From NCBI RefSeq assembly GCF_018977255.1, contig NW_024704742.1, positions 54,128,001 to 54,192,000 on the forward strand: a DNA stretch of 64,000 bases. Direction: 5' to 3'. Shown piece by piece: positions 40,645 through 54,670 of the stretch. The translations under genes were made by a program, and so were the position numbers. Below the pieces are notes generated by a model. The model was not told the origin of the DNA, searched no databases, and was given only the letters and a program-made list of their open reading frames with translations. Positions within the stretch are counted from its first letter, which is position 1; every line of letters starts with the position of its first letter. This DNA comes from Callorhinchus milii (Eukaryota).

Positions 40645-41606
40645 TTTTATGTTTCTGTTGCTCAGTATGTAGTACTTAATAGTTCACAGATTTTTATTTC
40701 CCATATAACAAGTGAATTGATGTGAATTTGTATTCAATATTGACCTTTTCTGGCCAGTTTTAGAAGTGGACTTACTCACTGCAGTCATGTTTATTCTAAC
40801 AATAAAGATAATGCCAGTATCAGTGGTATTACAGCATATCCAGTTTCTCATTGCTTGTTCTGACGGGTATGTAGTGCAGAGGAGGTGGGGAACAGTTGAT
40901 GATAAATAACATGCAACCCAGAAGGTAAACTTGCATTGATGTTGCTGATTCAAATGATTAATGCAGGCCCTTTCCCCAGCTGTGTATATGAAATAAATTG
41001 TGTTCTTTCATCTGTCTTAGATAGCTCATGTTTTTTTTCAACAACAGTTTATATCTATATAGCGCCTTTCAAATCAAGAGAATATCTCAAAGTGCTTCAC
41101 ATGCCTGACTGCTGGAAGTTCAGTATGGGAGACGTTGCTGGGGAGGTAGAGACAAAGATTTATGGGGCTCCAAGATGCTATCCTAGGTGCCTGGAATGTT
41201 ATGTAAAATAAGTTGTTGTGTCCGAAAGTATGGTTGTGTTTTTTGAATGTGTTTTTNGAAGGCGGGAGGGGACAGCCTTAGACAGCTGATCTGCCATATT
41301 GAGCTGTGTAATGCCTAATTTATACTGCAAGTTTCAATGATTACAGCAGAAAAATAATTGCTCCAGATCGTCTTGTAAAACTCAATAGAAATCAGGTATG
41401 AGATGCTTGTTCACAAAGTGATTTAGGCTGGAGCTCAGATTCTGAGAACCTCTTATGGAGGTGTTCTCACCATCACATCGATATACAGGGTTGCAATAGA
41501 GAATCGATCAACAAAATCAATTTGGCCTTTCCCAAAAATATTGTCTTAAAAGTTATTGGTCAGTCTCTAATAATATTAAAAACAATGTCGCTTATCCACA
41601 GGACTT

Positions 41607-41927
41607 GTGGAATCCTGTAGCTCAGTGGTTAGAGCATTCGCTTTGCAAGCGAGAGACCTGAGTTCAATTCCAGGCAGGGCGAAACCTTGGGCAATTTTCC
41701 TTACTCCACACGCCTAATAATAATCCCTTCAAAACCAAAAACAATAATAAATTGGTCATTTTCAATCTACGACTGTTTGTGGGACATTGTTGTGCGCAAT
41801 TGGCTGCCGCGTTCGCCCACAAATATACAGTCAATTCACTTTACAGTGTGTTCTGTGAAGCGCTTTGGGACGTCCTCCCGACGTGAAAAGCACTATATCA
41901 AATGCAAGGATTATTATTATTATTATT
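41607..41927 (+). mobile_element. Young SINE, full length
   Basis: Near-identical to the 40325 copy; (tta)n tail. Confidence 0.92.
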
Positions 41928-42254
41928 GGCTAATCTCCACATGTACACAACTTTCCTCAACCCATGGAGAAAGCGATTTTGAGCAAAAGATGTAAATCTA
42001 ACTGAACACAGAGTGAGAGTAAATGCTTGCATGAGGAGAAAGGAATATGAAGTATGGGAAAGGGGGTTGGAATGGATGGAGGCTCATGTTGGGATGAATG
42101 GCTGGTTTCTCTGGTGTACCTCTGTAATTATATGTCACTCTTGTTTCATTCTGATTACAGCAAATTAGAGCATATGTACTTGAGTATGACTTCTGGGTTT
42201 CTGAGCTCAACTGAGCAACCAGTCAGCCTTGTTTATTGTTGCCTCATACTGTTT

Positions 42255-42880
42255 GGGTGACCGATCAATCAACTAGACCCTACATTTCATTCAGTTTCCC
42301 CTTTGGCAGATTCTATCCCATCCATACAGTGCATGTGTTTTCTATTCATATTTCCTACATCTAGTGCTTTGCATTTATCTGCATTGAACTTAATTTTCGA
42401 GTTATCAACAGATTGTATCAAGCTGCAAGACCTTTGGTGTCTTCTCTGATTCCAGTTTTCACCAATTTGCTGTCAACTGCAAATGTAAATAAATAACACT
42501 GGGTCAGAGAATCCAGATCATTAGTGTACACAAGGAAAAAGGGGCTCCTAGTACATACTCCTGAAGAACAGTGCTTAATATCACATCACTCTCTATTTTA
42601 ACCCAGATCCCCTAACAAAGCCTCTCTGTTTCTTTCCCTTTCAAAAGTCAATTCTGAATCCATGTCTAGGTCTTTCCCTCAGTACACAGTGATCTCAATT
42701 TGTGAAGGATTCTTTCATGAGGTACTTTCTCAAACACTTTTTGGAAGTTTAATTACATCATGTCTTCCCACAGTCATTTATAAAACTAATATTCCACTTC
42801 CTTTCTGCCAATTGACTCCATCATTTTTTCAGCTATTGAGGTTGGGCTAATGGATCTGCAGTTGCCAGGTATAGTTTGAT
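42255..42880 (-). mobile_element. Degraded CR1 RT fragment
   Basis: Reverse complement of gtgctttgcatttatctgcattgaact reads KFNADKCKA; aatttgctgtcaactgcaaat gives an FADDxK-like remnant; ctaatggatctgcagttgccagg gives a PGNxRxIS-like remnant. Confidence 0.65.
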
Positions 42881-45838
42881 CACATTTATAATAATACCTG
42901 ATCATCAGGCTAGATCTTGGTTTAACATTGCGTCCAAAGGACAGCACCTCCAACAAAGCAGGGCTGTCTCAGCATTGCATTTGAATGTCAACCTAATACA
43001 TATACAACAACAACTTGCACTTATATCGCACCCTCCACACAGGGTAGCATCTCAGAGCGCTTATGAGTTCAAAGTCCTGATATGGGGCTTAAACCCATAA
43101 CCATTTGCCTCAGAGGAAAGAGCTCAATTACAATACACAGTCAATACACTTTACAATAAATCTTGTGAAGCACTTTGAAGTGGTCTCCCAATATGAAAAG
43201 GATCCTTATTATTAAAATTCAAATATCAACACCTCTGTGGATAATGCAGAGTTGTTATGCCCTATCAAATTGCCAAAATCCATCTTAAATTCAAGATTAG
43301 GCATGAAAGTTACAAATATACATCCCTAACAGTAGAATACTAAATTGGGAAAAACTTAAATACTGGAAATGCTTAACTGTAGAAAACTGCTCAGCACAGA
43401 GACCTAAGTCCTTCCAGCTGATCCATGTTTCATTCCTTTGTCCTATTAGCTGTTAAATGTTGTCCAGTCTGAGTTGAAAGGAGCACGTGTTGTGCCTATC
43501 TACAAGCAATTAAAGTGCAAACTCCAGTGAATGAGAAGCAGAACACGATGGGCTGAGCGGCCTTGTTCCTTGCTGAAACGATTCAACTGCATTTACGATA
43601 ATTCTTCTGCTTCCGAGTTTCAGAATGTAATTCACTCTACGTGAAAATAATTCTTAACAAATTGTTTACTATTAAATTAATCCAATTTAAGGCACTCATG
43701 CCCCAATCCTATATGTTTGCTTTGCTTCTTTTTACGAAAAGGAAAATATCTGAGTATGCCTTCATTGAAATGCGGAAAGGGGAAATTTCCAAGTATATGT
43801 CGAACTCAGTCTGGTTTGGAGACTCTGAAGAATGATAATGTGTTTCCACATTTGTTACACACCTGTCTGACCTTTTTGGGAAACTAATATTGACATAACC
43901 GTTTGTAGAACATATGAAAAAGTTCACAATTTTAAAATGGTAATATATTGCAGGCTTTTGTGATTTGTTTTAAGCTTTAATCGTTGTAGCTTGCAAGTCT
44001 CTTGCACTCATTCCCATTTCAATAAAATTGAGAATTAATTTAATAAACACTTTGTTCAGAATCATTTGCAGTTAGAGTGAAATGGATCCTGGAGGATAAA
44101 CAGATTGTTGGGAAATATATTATCCAGTAAAACAGTAAACTTTAAAATGAACAGTTTTGAAACCTGTCCAGCAATACCATTGGTAGCAAACCTTTACATC
44201 AATAGCTGTAAATTTATATTAGAAAAACTATCTGTGAAAGAATTCAGCCCCCAAATTGATCAGAGTTTACGTTCAAGATCACTCTCCTTGGGTTGTTTTC
44301 TTAAAAACTCTTCAATCAGCAACAGCCCAAGGAGGATACTCACTGAATTGATAATCAGGTGAAAGCAGTAAGAGGGGTACCTGGGTGCTGTCTAAATCAA
44401 TTAATAGAACGAAGGGGCATTTTTTCAGGCCTTCTGAAGGTTCAAACTACTGAAAAGAATGCGTAACTACTAAAAAGAATTATGCAAAGTCTGATATTTG
44501 CAAGCCTCTGATAACAAACAAAATCAATAAGGATGGGTACAAAAATACCAGTTGTTTTGTGTAACAGGTTACTATGGAATGGACTCCCATTATCTGAATG
44601 GTACATTAGTGATCACACAAATTCTCTGAAGTCTGTATGGGATATTGTGTTTGTGCCTCTGCACCACTTGCAGAAATATTGTTAATAAGATCAATAAAGT
44701 ACGAAATAACATGAAGCTCTAAAGAGTTGGACTTCCAAACCAAAGTCAGCGAACTTGAATCACAACTTGACTCCATAGTTTGTTTATTCACTGTGAATTC
44801 AATTCTTACCTTTTCTGACATGTTTCAATGCTGCTCTGCAGTTGTTCTCAGGAGGTGTCCTTTTTGTGGTGAGCCTTGTTTAATCTGCGGTGATTTTATT
44901 TAATCTAGCTAACCACAGCAAGTTTGAAACTATAAAGTTAGATCTTGACAAAGCCAGCCTCCTCTATCATGCTGACTGTGCTTGTTATCCTCTCAAAACA
45001 TGAAAAATGACTCCTCAAACACATTAGGTAATCTTTAATATTGTGACCTGTGGTGACAGAATTCAAACAGTGTATGTACAATTGCTCCTTCAGAAGCATG
45101 AAGCCACCCTACACATTGCATTGTCCTGATGTTGGTCAGAGAATGCAATTCTTGCCTTGTCTTTTAAAATCCTCAAGTGTCAAATATGAGTTATTAAGTG
45201 TGTCAGCTTGTGCGGAGAAAGCTGACATACAACACTTTTGTGATACACTGAGAAGAGAAAACCTGCCAGCTGCTTGTCAAGATCAAAAAGAAGCTCCCCT
45301 CTGAGAACTACCCCATTGCAAACACTGCATTCTCTTAGGAGCTTCTTGTAATAAACCACTAAACAGTCTATTTTATCTTTCTCTGAACAATTGGCTGGTG
45401 AATGGCTTGATGACTTTGCTCATGGAAACGTCACTGGAAAACTAGTGCTGATTTGGCATTTATGTCTCCTACGAGCAATGAAGCCTTTGTTTTGTTGCAG
45501 TAACTGCCAATTCATTTGCATTCACATACATAAATAAAGACATTATACCTGTGAACATTAAACAGTATTGTTTAATGTTCACAAAATATACAGTCAATTC
45601 ACTTTACAATATATTCTGTGAAGCACTTTGAAACATCTAGAAAACATGATAAAGTGTTATATCAAATGCAAGGATTATTATTGTTTTTAACTGCATTGTT
45701 TAGTAACTATTAGTAAATCACTTACAATATTAAGATTTATGCATAGTTTGGGAGAAATTCACCATTGGTTACCATTGGCAAATAAGATCACATTTCTAAA
45801 AGAAGCAGCAAACGTGTCATTTGTCTCCCTTCTGCTGC

Positions 45839-46733
45839 TTTTTGGCTCCCTATAGCTTCATGGTTGCCAGCCATACTGTGATATCTAAGTGCAGTAGCTG
45901 TCTATTTTGGAGGTACTTACAACAGCCAACTTGAATACAGCAATGTACCACAAAGAGCCATGAAGTGAATGACCAATTTTATCTGCGATACAGTGAGATA
46001 AACTCTCTTCTCTTATCGAGTAATGCTGTGCTACCTTTATCGTCTCCACCTGAACAGGCAGTGTTGTTTTGTTTAAATAGCTCATCCATAGAATGGCTCA
46101 TCCGTAGCACTGGGGTCTGGCTTAGTAATAGCACTCTTGTCTCTGAGTCAGAAGGTTATGGGTACCATCGCCATGTTGGGACTTGGAGTCACATAGTCTA
46201 AGGTGACACTCCAGTGCAGTGATAGGGGATGTGTTGCATTGTTGTAGGTGCTATCCTTGCGATAAGACATTAAACCAAGGTCTCATCTGCATGTTCAGGT
46301 GGATATTAAAATCATAGCATTCCTTGAAAGGAGAACAGAGTTCTCTGTGTTCTGGGCCCAAAAATTGGTCACTCCCCCCATGATTGTTTGTGGGATATTG
46401 CTGTGCGCAATTTGGTTGCTGCAATTCGCTCACAAAATGCAGTCAATCCACTGTACAGTATATCATTTAAGCGCTTTGAGACATATCAGCCTGACTCATT
46501 TGGTTACACTTTCATCTCTGAGTCAGAAAGCTGTGGGTCCAAGATGCATTACTCGATAAGAGAAGAGAGTTTATCTCACTGTATCGCAGATAAAATTGGT
46601 CATTCACTTCATGGCTCTTTGTGGGACATTGCTGTATTCAAGTTGGCTGTCATAAGTACCTCCAAAGTAGACAGTTACTGCACTTAGATATCACAGTATG
46701 GCTGGCAACCATGAAGCTGTAGGGAGCCAAAAA
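45839..46733. repeat. Long inverted repeat, arms 45839-46026 and 46546-46733
   Basis: 188-bp arms, 6 mismatches by manual comparison, no indels. Confidence 0.95.
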
Positions 46734-46770
46734 TAAGGCACTATATCAAATCCAAGGATTATATTATTAT
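46105..46770 (+). mobile_element. Older Deu-type SINE interrupted in its tail by the 46484-46733 insertion
   Basis: Head ..agcactcttgtctctgagtcagaagg.., core ttgtgggatattgctgtgcgcaa, tail split as gcgctttgagaca | taaggcactatatcaaatccaaggatta. Confidence 0.75.
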
Positions 46771-47635
46771 AGCCTAGAGTATGTGAGTTCAAGTCACATG
46801 AGTCCTGACCTGCACTGCATCTTGGCCTCACAGCCTTCTGACTCAGAGGTAAGAGTGTGATCAAATGAGCCAGGTTGATACGTTCTGCAGGTTCTTTGTG
46901 TGTCCAACACATAAATATTGTTAGGCTCTCCAATCGGGGCGCGCTGAATGGGGAATGAAAACCGAGACTGACCATCTTCTCACCTGAAATCCAAAGACAT
47001 GCAGAAAAAAACTTCCAAGTTAAGACTGAAAATAACACCGTTTTCCAAACTTAATAATAATAACACAAATTTATGTACAATCTTATTTTTTAAGCCACTG
47101 GTTTTAAGCCTATTGACATTGCAAGATTTCAGAGCTCAATAATCATGGTCGATTTTCTCCCCCCCTTGTCCAACGCCGCTGAGGCTAAATGTAGCTCCTC
47201 TAAGCCAGATAAGAGCAAACTGGGCATCAAATCTTTCACCTTCAACTGCGAAGCAAAAAAACTGTTAAGTGCTGCAGTTTGAGGTAAATAAAAATTATAA
47301 ACAAATTTACATGGAATGATACAGCCAGGAAATAAAGCCATTCAACCCAACTTGTCCTTGTTGGTGTTTATATTCCACATGAGCCCCCATCCCTCCTAAT
47401 CTCCTCTCCAGGGCTCATTTATTTCCTTCTCACTGATGTGTGCATCACATTTCCTCTTGATGATACTATTTGCTTTAACCAAAGTTCCCAATTTGAATCG
47501 ATAAGATTCAAAAGCTGGAGAGTCCACAATAGTATGTTTCATCAAAAGTACATTAACATATTTTCTGATATGGTATAATTTAAAAAATATATAAATATTA
47601 ATGTCTAAACTATGTGTTAGAGTCTAAATAATGCT

Positions 47636-47968
47636 ATAATAATCCTTGCATTTGCATTTGATATAGTGCCTTATCAGATCTTCGAGACGTCTCAAAACGC
47701 TTCACAGAATGTACTTACTATAAAATGAATTGACTGTATATTTTGTGGACAAAACGTGGTAGCCAATTGTGCACAGCAGTGTCCCACAAACAGTCATGGA
47801 TTGAGTGACCAACTGATTATTTTTAAAGGAATTATTACCCCCGGAAAAGCGATCCGCCAATCGACTAACAACTGGGTTCCTATTTACTGCTAGGTAAAGA
47901 GAGGCAGGCATGTGAAGTAAGGAAACTTGCCCAATGTTTCACCCTGCTGGGAATTGAACCCAGGTCTC
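47636..47968 (-). mobile_element. SINE, long subfamily
   Basis: Reverse complement of the 39020-type copy, including the extra segment. Confidence 0.83.
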
Positions 47969-50310
47969 ACCTGAGCAGAAATTGGCGACTTCGGGATAAA
48001 ACATGGGTCAGAATTTGGACTTTCCTGCATCTATCTCAGCAGAACCTCTCACGGTGCATTTCCCCATAGAACTATCAGAGGAACTCCTTTCTGTTTTATG
48101 TTTCTTTTACCCCAGGATTTATATACAGCTCTTAATGGTTCATAGATGTTTGTCTCCCTTATAACAAGCGAATTGATGTGAATTTGAATTAAAAACTGAC
48201 CTTTTGTCTTTTATGACCAGTTTTAGAATATAAGTAAGCATCTTCATTTTTTTCCCAGCACTACACAGATCCCTAAAGGTCAACATTTTGAGCTTCCTAA
48301 ATTTATTCAGAGTTGTGGTGGCTAAAAATAACTTGAGTTTGAAAAGTAACAGCGTTTTATTGCAAAAGAATCAGTATTTTGCCTTCAGGTTTTTTTGTGT
48401 GTACAGCAGAATCCAGTTATAATGCTCTTTGCTACAATGTGGATTTGCTTATTACATGATTGGTGTGTGAACCCCAACACATTCATGAAAAAATGTAAAA
48501 TGTTGGCCAGAGGTATAAAACCAGCCAGCGTGCTCTGCGCTTAAGAGTTGGCTTACTTCCGGGTCCATCAAATCACCATCAACATACCAACATCGCTTCT
48601 GCTTAAAGTGATGGCAGTGGCCATCCTGATGCCTTAGAACTCAGCCAGTCTGGCTTCCCGTGCACTGACTAATGTCCTGTACACTAAGAAAAATGATAGT
48701 GAGAGGAGCCAGTCAGCGATTGCTTCATTACCACTTCCTCGCCTGATCCCCATATCCCTTTAAACTTTTCTCTTTCATAAGCCTGTCTACATCCATCTTG
48801 AAAGCTACAATGGACTCTGTCTCCACCACATCCCAACTACTCGCTTTCTAAATTCTTTAGCTATTCTTATAACTATGTCCCCTAGTTACTGACTCCCTTA
48901 TCAATGGAAATAACTTCTCCATAGCACTGGTTGGGATTTAATGATTCCCCTCAACTTCTGCATTAGAATGGGAATTTACTGCATATTGGAGTGAATTTTA
49001 ATATGGTATTTAGAGAAAAAAACATCAGTTTTCCAGTCATTGTATAATATATAAGCAAGTGAGAAGATCTGAGGGATTCATCTCTTTTGTTGGAACTTAT
49101 GCACGATTCTCTTTGCTCACATACAAAAGTGCTCCTGCTGGTGGCTTTCTCATTTATTTTTTCTTTTCCTATCAACATCAGTTGCAGTGTGGTTTGCTTT
49201 ACTTCAGGAAAAGCCATTTACTTGACCCAGTACTACAGAGAATTTCTTGACCTGTGCTAGAGTAGATAGCTGCAGGGGATGAGAAAGCACCATCTTAAAT
49301 GGCAGTTTGTTTCCTCACACACCGTTGTTCCTCTTCAAGGGTTGCTTGCAACATGTGATGACCTGATGTTTCATCCTATATTTAATAAATATAACAAATA
49401 ATTAATTAATAAATATATAAGTAATGCACATCCCAAGTATCCCGAATATGTACAAGTATAGTTACTGATGTGTAAGTACTTTACAATGAATTGTGAGCCC
49501 CACTTTGAGACGTTGCCCTGATGTGAAAGGTGGTGCATCAAATGCAAAGATTATTATTATTTTATAAGTGTAAAGCAAACATTTGTCATTATTGGACTTG
49601 AAACTTCAGTGTTTTGACTGCCTGAATTCTTTAAATGACATTGAATTGCAAGTAGAAGCTCCTGCCAGGAAACAGAACCTCGTCTCCAACAAGTTTCAAT
49701 CTATTGCGATTTACTCCTGGATTCTTGTTTCCGTGTGGTTGCTGTAATGTATTTTGTTACCATCAGTAGTCAATATTTGCTGTTCAGTGAACCACATAGC
49801 AAATTCTGCATCTTTAGCTCTGTTTTAACTTAATAAAAAACTGCCAAGTACATCTATTTTCAAAAATGGCCAGACTGATGTTCAAGCTGCTTTGATTTTT
49901 GCATTTTAGTCATGTCTATTCTTAGACTATTTTAATATTACATTGTTATGTTTCCGATAAAATTGTGCTGATGGAGGAAAATTGTTGAATACCATTAGAT
50001 TTTGAAATATGATGGATGACTAAGTGTATTTTAGGAGATTTTAGAGTGAACAAAAAAAATTCAACTTGATCTTCTGGTTGACTGAAATAAATCTGAACAC
50101 AGGGAATGTTAAGAATAATAATACATGTAACTACCAGCTTGCTTTCTATCTGCCTGAGCTGTATGCAAATCTTCAAGAGCTTTTGCAATAGGTCCTTACA
50201 TGGGTCATGATATCTATTTAGCTTTTGGGAAATCATATAGAATTTGTAAGATGCAGTTGTTATCACCTGGTAAATAACTTTTTGTTTGTTTTATCCCTTT
50301 CAATAGCATA

Positions 50311-50599
50311 CTAGACAGAAAAGCTCTGTTGATAAGCTAACTGCTCCTTTGCTTATCCCTTTCACTCTTGAGTACAATTCAGTGAAAAGGAGAGAAAACT
50401 CCAGGCTTACGTACTGTCTACAGGAAGTAATCACCTCTTGATGTCTCAAGACTATTTAGTGCCTTTACTGACTTTGTTTATTTTATTTCAGCATCCCATG
50501 GGGAAAGGCTGACTAATTTACTGCTAATAAATGAGCTTCAGTGCATTGCTTTTTTAAGCAAAGGAGCAGTTAGCTTACCAACAGGTCTTTCCTGTCTAG
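50311..50599. repeat. Inverted repeat, 45-bp arms (50311-50355 / 50555-50599), possible MITE
   Basis: 4 mismatches in 45 bp; 199-bp spacer. Confidence 0.85.
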
Positions 50600-53500
50600 G
50601 AGGTTATTTGAGGGTATGGAGTGCCACATGTTAAGTTATGTGTACGTGAACCATGATTTTGCTAACGTGAATAGATAAGGAATGTAACTGATGAATTTGA
50701 GGGTGGTTTATAATGCTTTAAATATCATCACACATTTATACACCAAACACCCTGACTGAAGACATGACTCATGAATTCCATTTTACTGCAATTCACTGTG
50801 CGTGGTAATGATAATAAACTGTTCAAATAAACCTCTTTGAGACCATAAGTCCAATCAAGGCTCACGGAATTAGTGATAAATAGTGATAAATAGAAGCTTT
50901 AGGTTCTCCAAAAACGGCATTTAGGGAAACAACCAATAGATCAACCAATTTGGTTGACCTTGGCATTTCTGTCACCATCTTATCTCTGCCTGTATTTCTT
51001 AATCCTATCTTTCTGATAGGGATGTTAATTGTCTGGACTTGTAGTTTTACCTTCTTGAAGATCATCTGACATTTTTACAACCATTTCAGTTGCTAGTTTC
51101 TAATAACATTCTGTGTGTTAGGAATCATCAAAAGACTTGTGTAATAAAGCATTTATATAGTAGATTAGAACTTGGACCAGAGAAAAGAGATGAAAATCGC
51201 ATTTTGATTGCCAGAAAAATAGAACTCTACTCTTAAATGTCAATCTATCTTTCAGTAAATCACAATGCACAACACAAATAAAAATAAATTGCTGATTTTG
51301 TGGGGTTAGCCACACAGATAATATAATATTTGAGGAGAAAAATGCACAAAATACCCATTTACCAGACCCTACCATTTAGCTTTAAAATTCAAAACTTGCA
51401 AGTAATGTCCATCAATCAAATACTCTATCCTTTAGGTTGTGAATTAGAAAGAATTGGAGAATGATAGCTAGTAATACTAGGTAATAATTCAATGTTGGGA
51501 TTCTGATCATTTTGCAAACCAATTTTATCCTGTAAAACTTTGAACGATGCCTTTAAAACTGAATGTAGAAATTCTTGCAAATACAACAGTCAGTGCACAT
51601 CAGTGAATATTATTTAAGCTGCGTTCCTGCTTATAGTAGTGTGTTGAATTTATAGCAACAGAAGAAAACCAAAGTAAGTTCTGCATGAGATATTGATTTT
51701 ACATTTCAAATGTAAAGCAGATTCCCTGCAGAGGCAGTAGGCTTTTGCATCTATGTAAATATATTTATATAAATCTAATTATTTTTCATTGAATTCTCAC
51801 TGCATTCTGACATTGATTGTTCTTATCAAACTAGATTATTGCCAAAGTCAATGTATAGCTATTTAAAATTTCAGTCACAAATTATATCTTCTGCATTTGA
51901 AATAACACAAGGGGTTTGTATGATATAAATGTAATTTTGTTGTTGTTGATACATGAAGAAGGCCCTTCAGTTGGTTTGATTTCTTTCTTCCAAAATGCCA
52001 ATCCCACTGTCTTCCCATTACAACAGCAAGCTGCTTATTCAATTACTCCACTGTCCTGGCATCAAATGCCCTTCTTGGTAAACAGCTCCAGCTATTGATT
52101 ACCCACTGTGTAAAGAAATACTTCCTGGTGCCTATCTTAAAAATAAACACTGGTGACTATCTGTCTATCATTTCGCCCACAAAATATTCAGTCCATTCAC
52201 TTTATAGTATATTCTGTGAGGCGCTTTGAGACGTCTCAACAATGTGATGAGGTGCTATATCAAATGCAAGGATTATTATTATTATTAAAACCCTTCATGG
52301 CCGTGAGCCTGTGGTTACTTGTCTGTTCCCTTGCTATATCTAAATTGACTTTGTTCTGGGTTTACCTTCTTTATCCCATTAAGCAACAACAACTTGCATA
52401 CATATACTGCCTTTCATACAGGGTAGTGTCTCGGAGCCCTGCATCTTATATACCTCTGTAAGGTCCCCTCTTAGAAATTTATTTTCTTCACTTATGAGCA
52501 ATATCTTTTGTGATCCTTCCAGGTGCTTCATCCCTCAAACAATAAATTTCTTTTAGAGCCTGAATGCCCCTACATCCCTGTCCTCTGCCATGCTACATCC
52601 TGGCCACTGTTTTGTAGAGGTGGAGCATGACTTACTGGATTTGTTTTGTTGCTTGCTGTCTCACATTGTTTAGACATAGTGACCAATTAATCCCCTAACA
52701 CCATTAGTTCTCTTTTAACTTTCCCCCTTGGCAAATTCTTTCTCATCATATGTGCCTCTTACTTTTACTTCAGTATCAGGTGCCTTGCATTTGTTTGTCT
52801 AGAACTTCATTTGCCGAAGATGATTCACTGTAAGATCTTGTATACATAGTCTAATTTCACAACTCCCCATTTTTGCAGTTCGGTAACATCTGCGAATATA
52901 ATTTACGAATTGAGGAATCTGTGAATTCAAATTGTTTATGCGCACAAGGAAGTGAAACACCCATTTTTTCCCCCTCACCCATTTGGTATAATTCATGCCT
53001 ACTACATACACTGAACAGTTATAATGACATTTATGTAAATCTATTGAATACCAAGCATAATTTAACATTGTACTATTCGAACAAACATAAGCAAAAATTG
53101 TTTTCTACGAATTTTTAATTAATTGCTACTGGTTTTGAGAAAAAAATTATCTGTGGTTCTCACCTTGGACTTGGAAGTCGGCCAACAAAACAATCATAGA
53201 AATAACAAAATAGTATACATTTATTGCCATAAATAAAAAAAAATAATTTGAGAAACATTTATTTTGCTGGCCAACCAAAGACTTTAAAGAATGTTGTGAA
53301 GTGTTTTGAGAACGTCTCCTGATGTGAAAGGTGCTATATCAAATGCAACATTTGTTATTATAGTTTTCAGTGCCTCTTCCACGGACGCAAGCCACCCTCC
53401 AGCATTTTGCCCAGTTGGGCATTCTGTATGTGTGAGCTGAGACAGTAAGTGTTAGGATACTCAGTGGGTTATCTTATGATAATCAACCCTGTGGGACAGT

Positions 53501-54341
53501 CACAGAATGCATTGTTTGGCTTCACCCAATTATAAGATCAAATTGAAAAGGCTGGTGAATTTACTAAAAGTGGAAGTAACCTGTTACTCTTAGTTAAATC
53601 TTGCAAGAAGGATTTTCCTTTTTTCATGCATAATTCAAACAGCCCTGCATTAATAAAGCATTCACTTGTGTCCAGAAAAGAATAATGCAACATGCAGCAA
53701 TGTAAGGTTGATGTGTTGATAAGAAGCCTAGGTTTTAGGCTTGATCTGCTTCCCAGAAGGTTTTAAAGTGCAAGTGGTCCAGATTTCCCTCGAGTTTGTA
53801 ACATATGGCATGCTAAACCTACCTTAAGCCTAAATATAAAGCTGGCATTGCCTCCTGATTCTCCAGTATTTGCTATTTTGGTTCATTCCTCAAACATTTC
53901 ACATTCTATGTTGTTATCTCTACAACTTCTTTGGGGTCTTTAAAAGAAGCATTTCCAGCACCCGTAGGCTGCGTAGAATATAATATTTTGATCTTGAATG
54001 TGCTGGTAAGGTGAATGTCAACACATTTTCAGTACTATTGGTAAATATGAAAACTTTTGCAACTGTGGGTTGGATGATCAAAATTAATGCCTTTTGTTTC
54101 TTTTGATCCACTCACTGTCTTTGGAGAGCTTGAAATTTCAGAAATCCTGAAAGTTATGTCCATGACGAGCATTGATTAGATTTTATTCTGAAACAATAAA
54201 AAAATCTAATTTTTATTTTGATGTAAAAGTGTCACTGACATTTTGAAAATTTAAGGCAGAATTATTAGTAAAAGTGTAGAATTGTCCGTACTTAGCCCAG
54301 TGGGTATTTTTGCAGCTCCTCCTTACTATTCAAATAGTATG

Positions 54342-54670
54342 CAGTCCCATAGCGTAATGGTTAGCATGCTCACCTCACAAGCGAGAAGCCCCAGGTGCAG
54401 TTCCCGGGCAGGGTGAAACCTTAGGTAAGTTTCTTTACTTCACACACCTCGGTTTACCTCGCAGTAAGTAGGAACCCGGTTGTTAATTGAATGGCAGATT
54501 GCCAGAGGTAACAGTCGCTGAAAAAAACATTTGGTCACTCAATCAGCAATTGGCTGCCATGTTTCCCCCACAAAATACATAGTCAATCAATGTTATAATA
54601 TATTCTGTGAAGTGTTTGGAGACATCCCAGTAACGTGCTAATGCGCTCGTTCAGATGCAAGGATTATTGT
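54342..54670 (+). mobile_element. SINE, long subfamily, partial core deletion
   Basis: Head similar to the 632 copy (tagcgtaatgg...gccccaggtgcagttcccgggc), extra segment, tail. Confidence 0.78.

Noticed and set aside
41257..41257. Single N base
   Set aside because: Assembly ambiguity with no biological meaning.
48505..48565. TATA-like gtataaaa and ETS-like acttccgg motifs
   Set aside because: Short motifs without a CpG island or a downstream gene; not distinguishable from chance.
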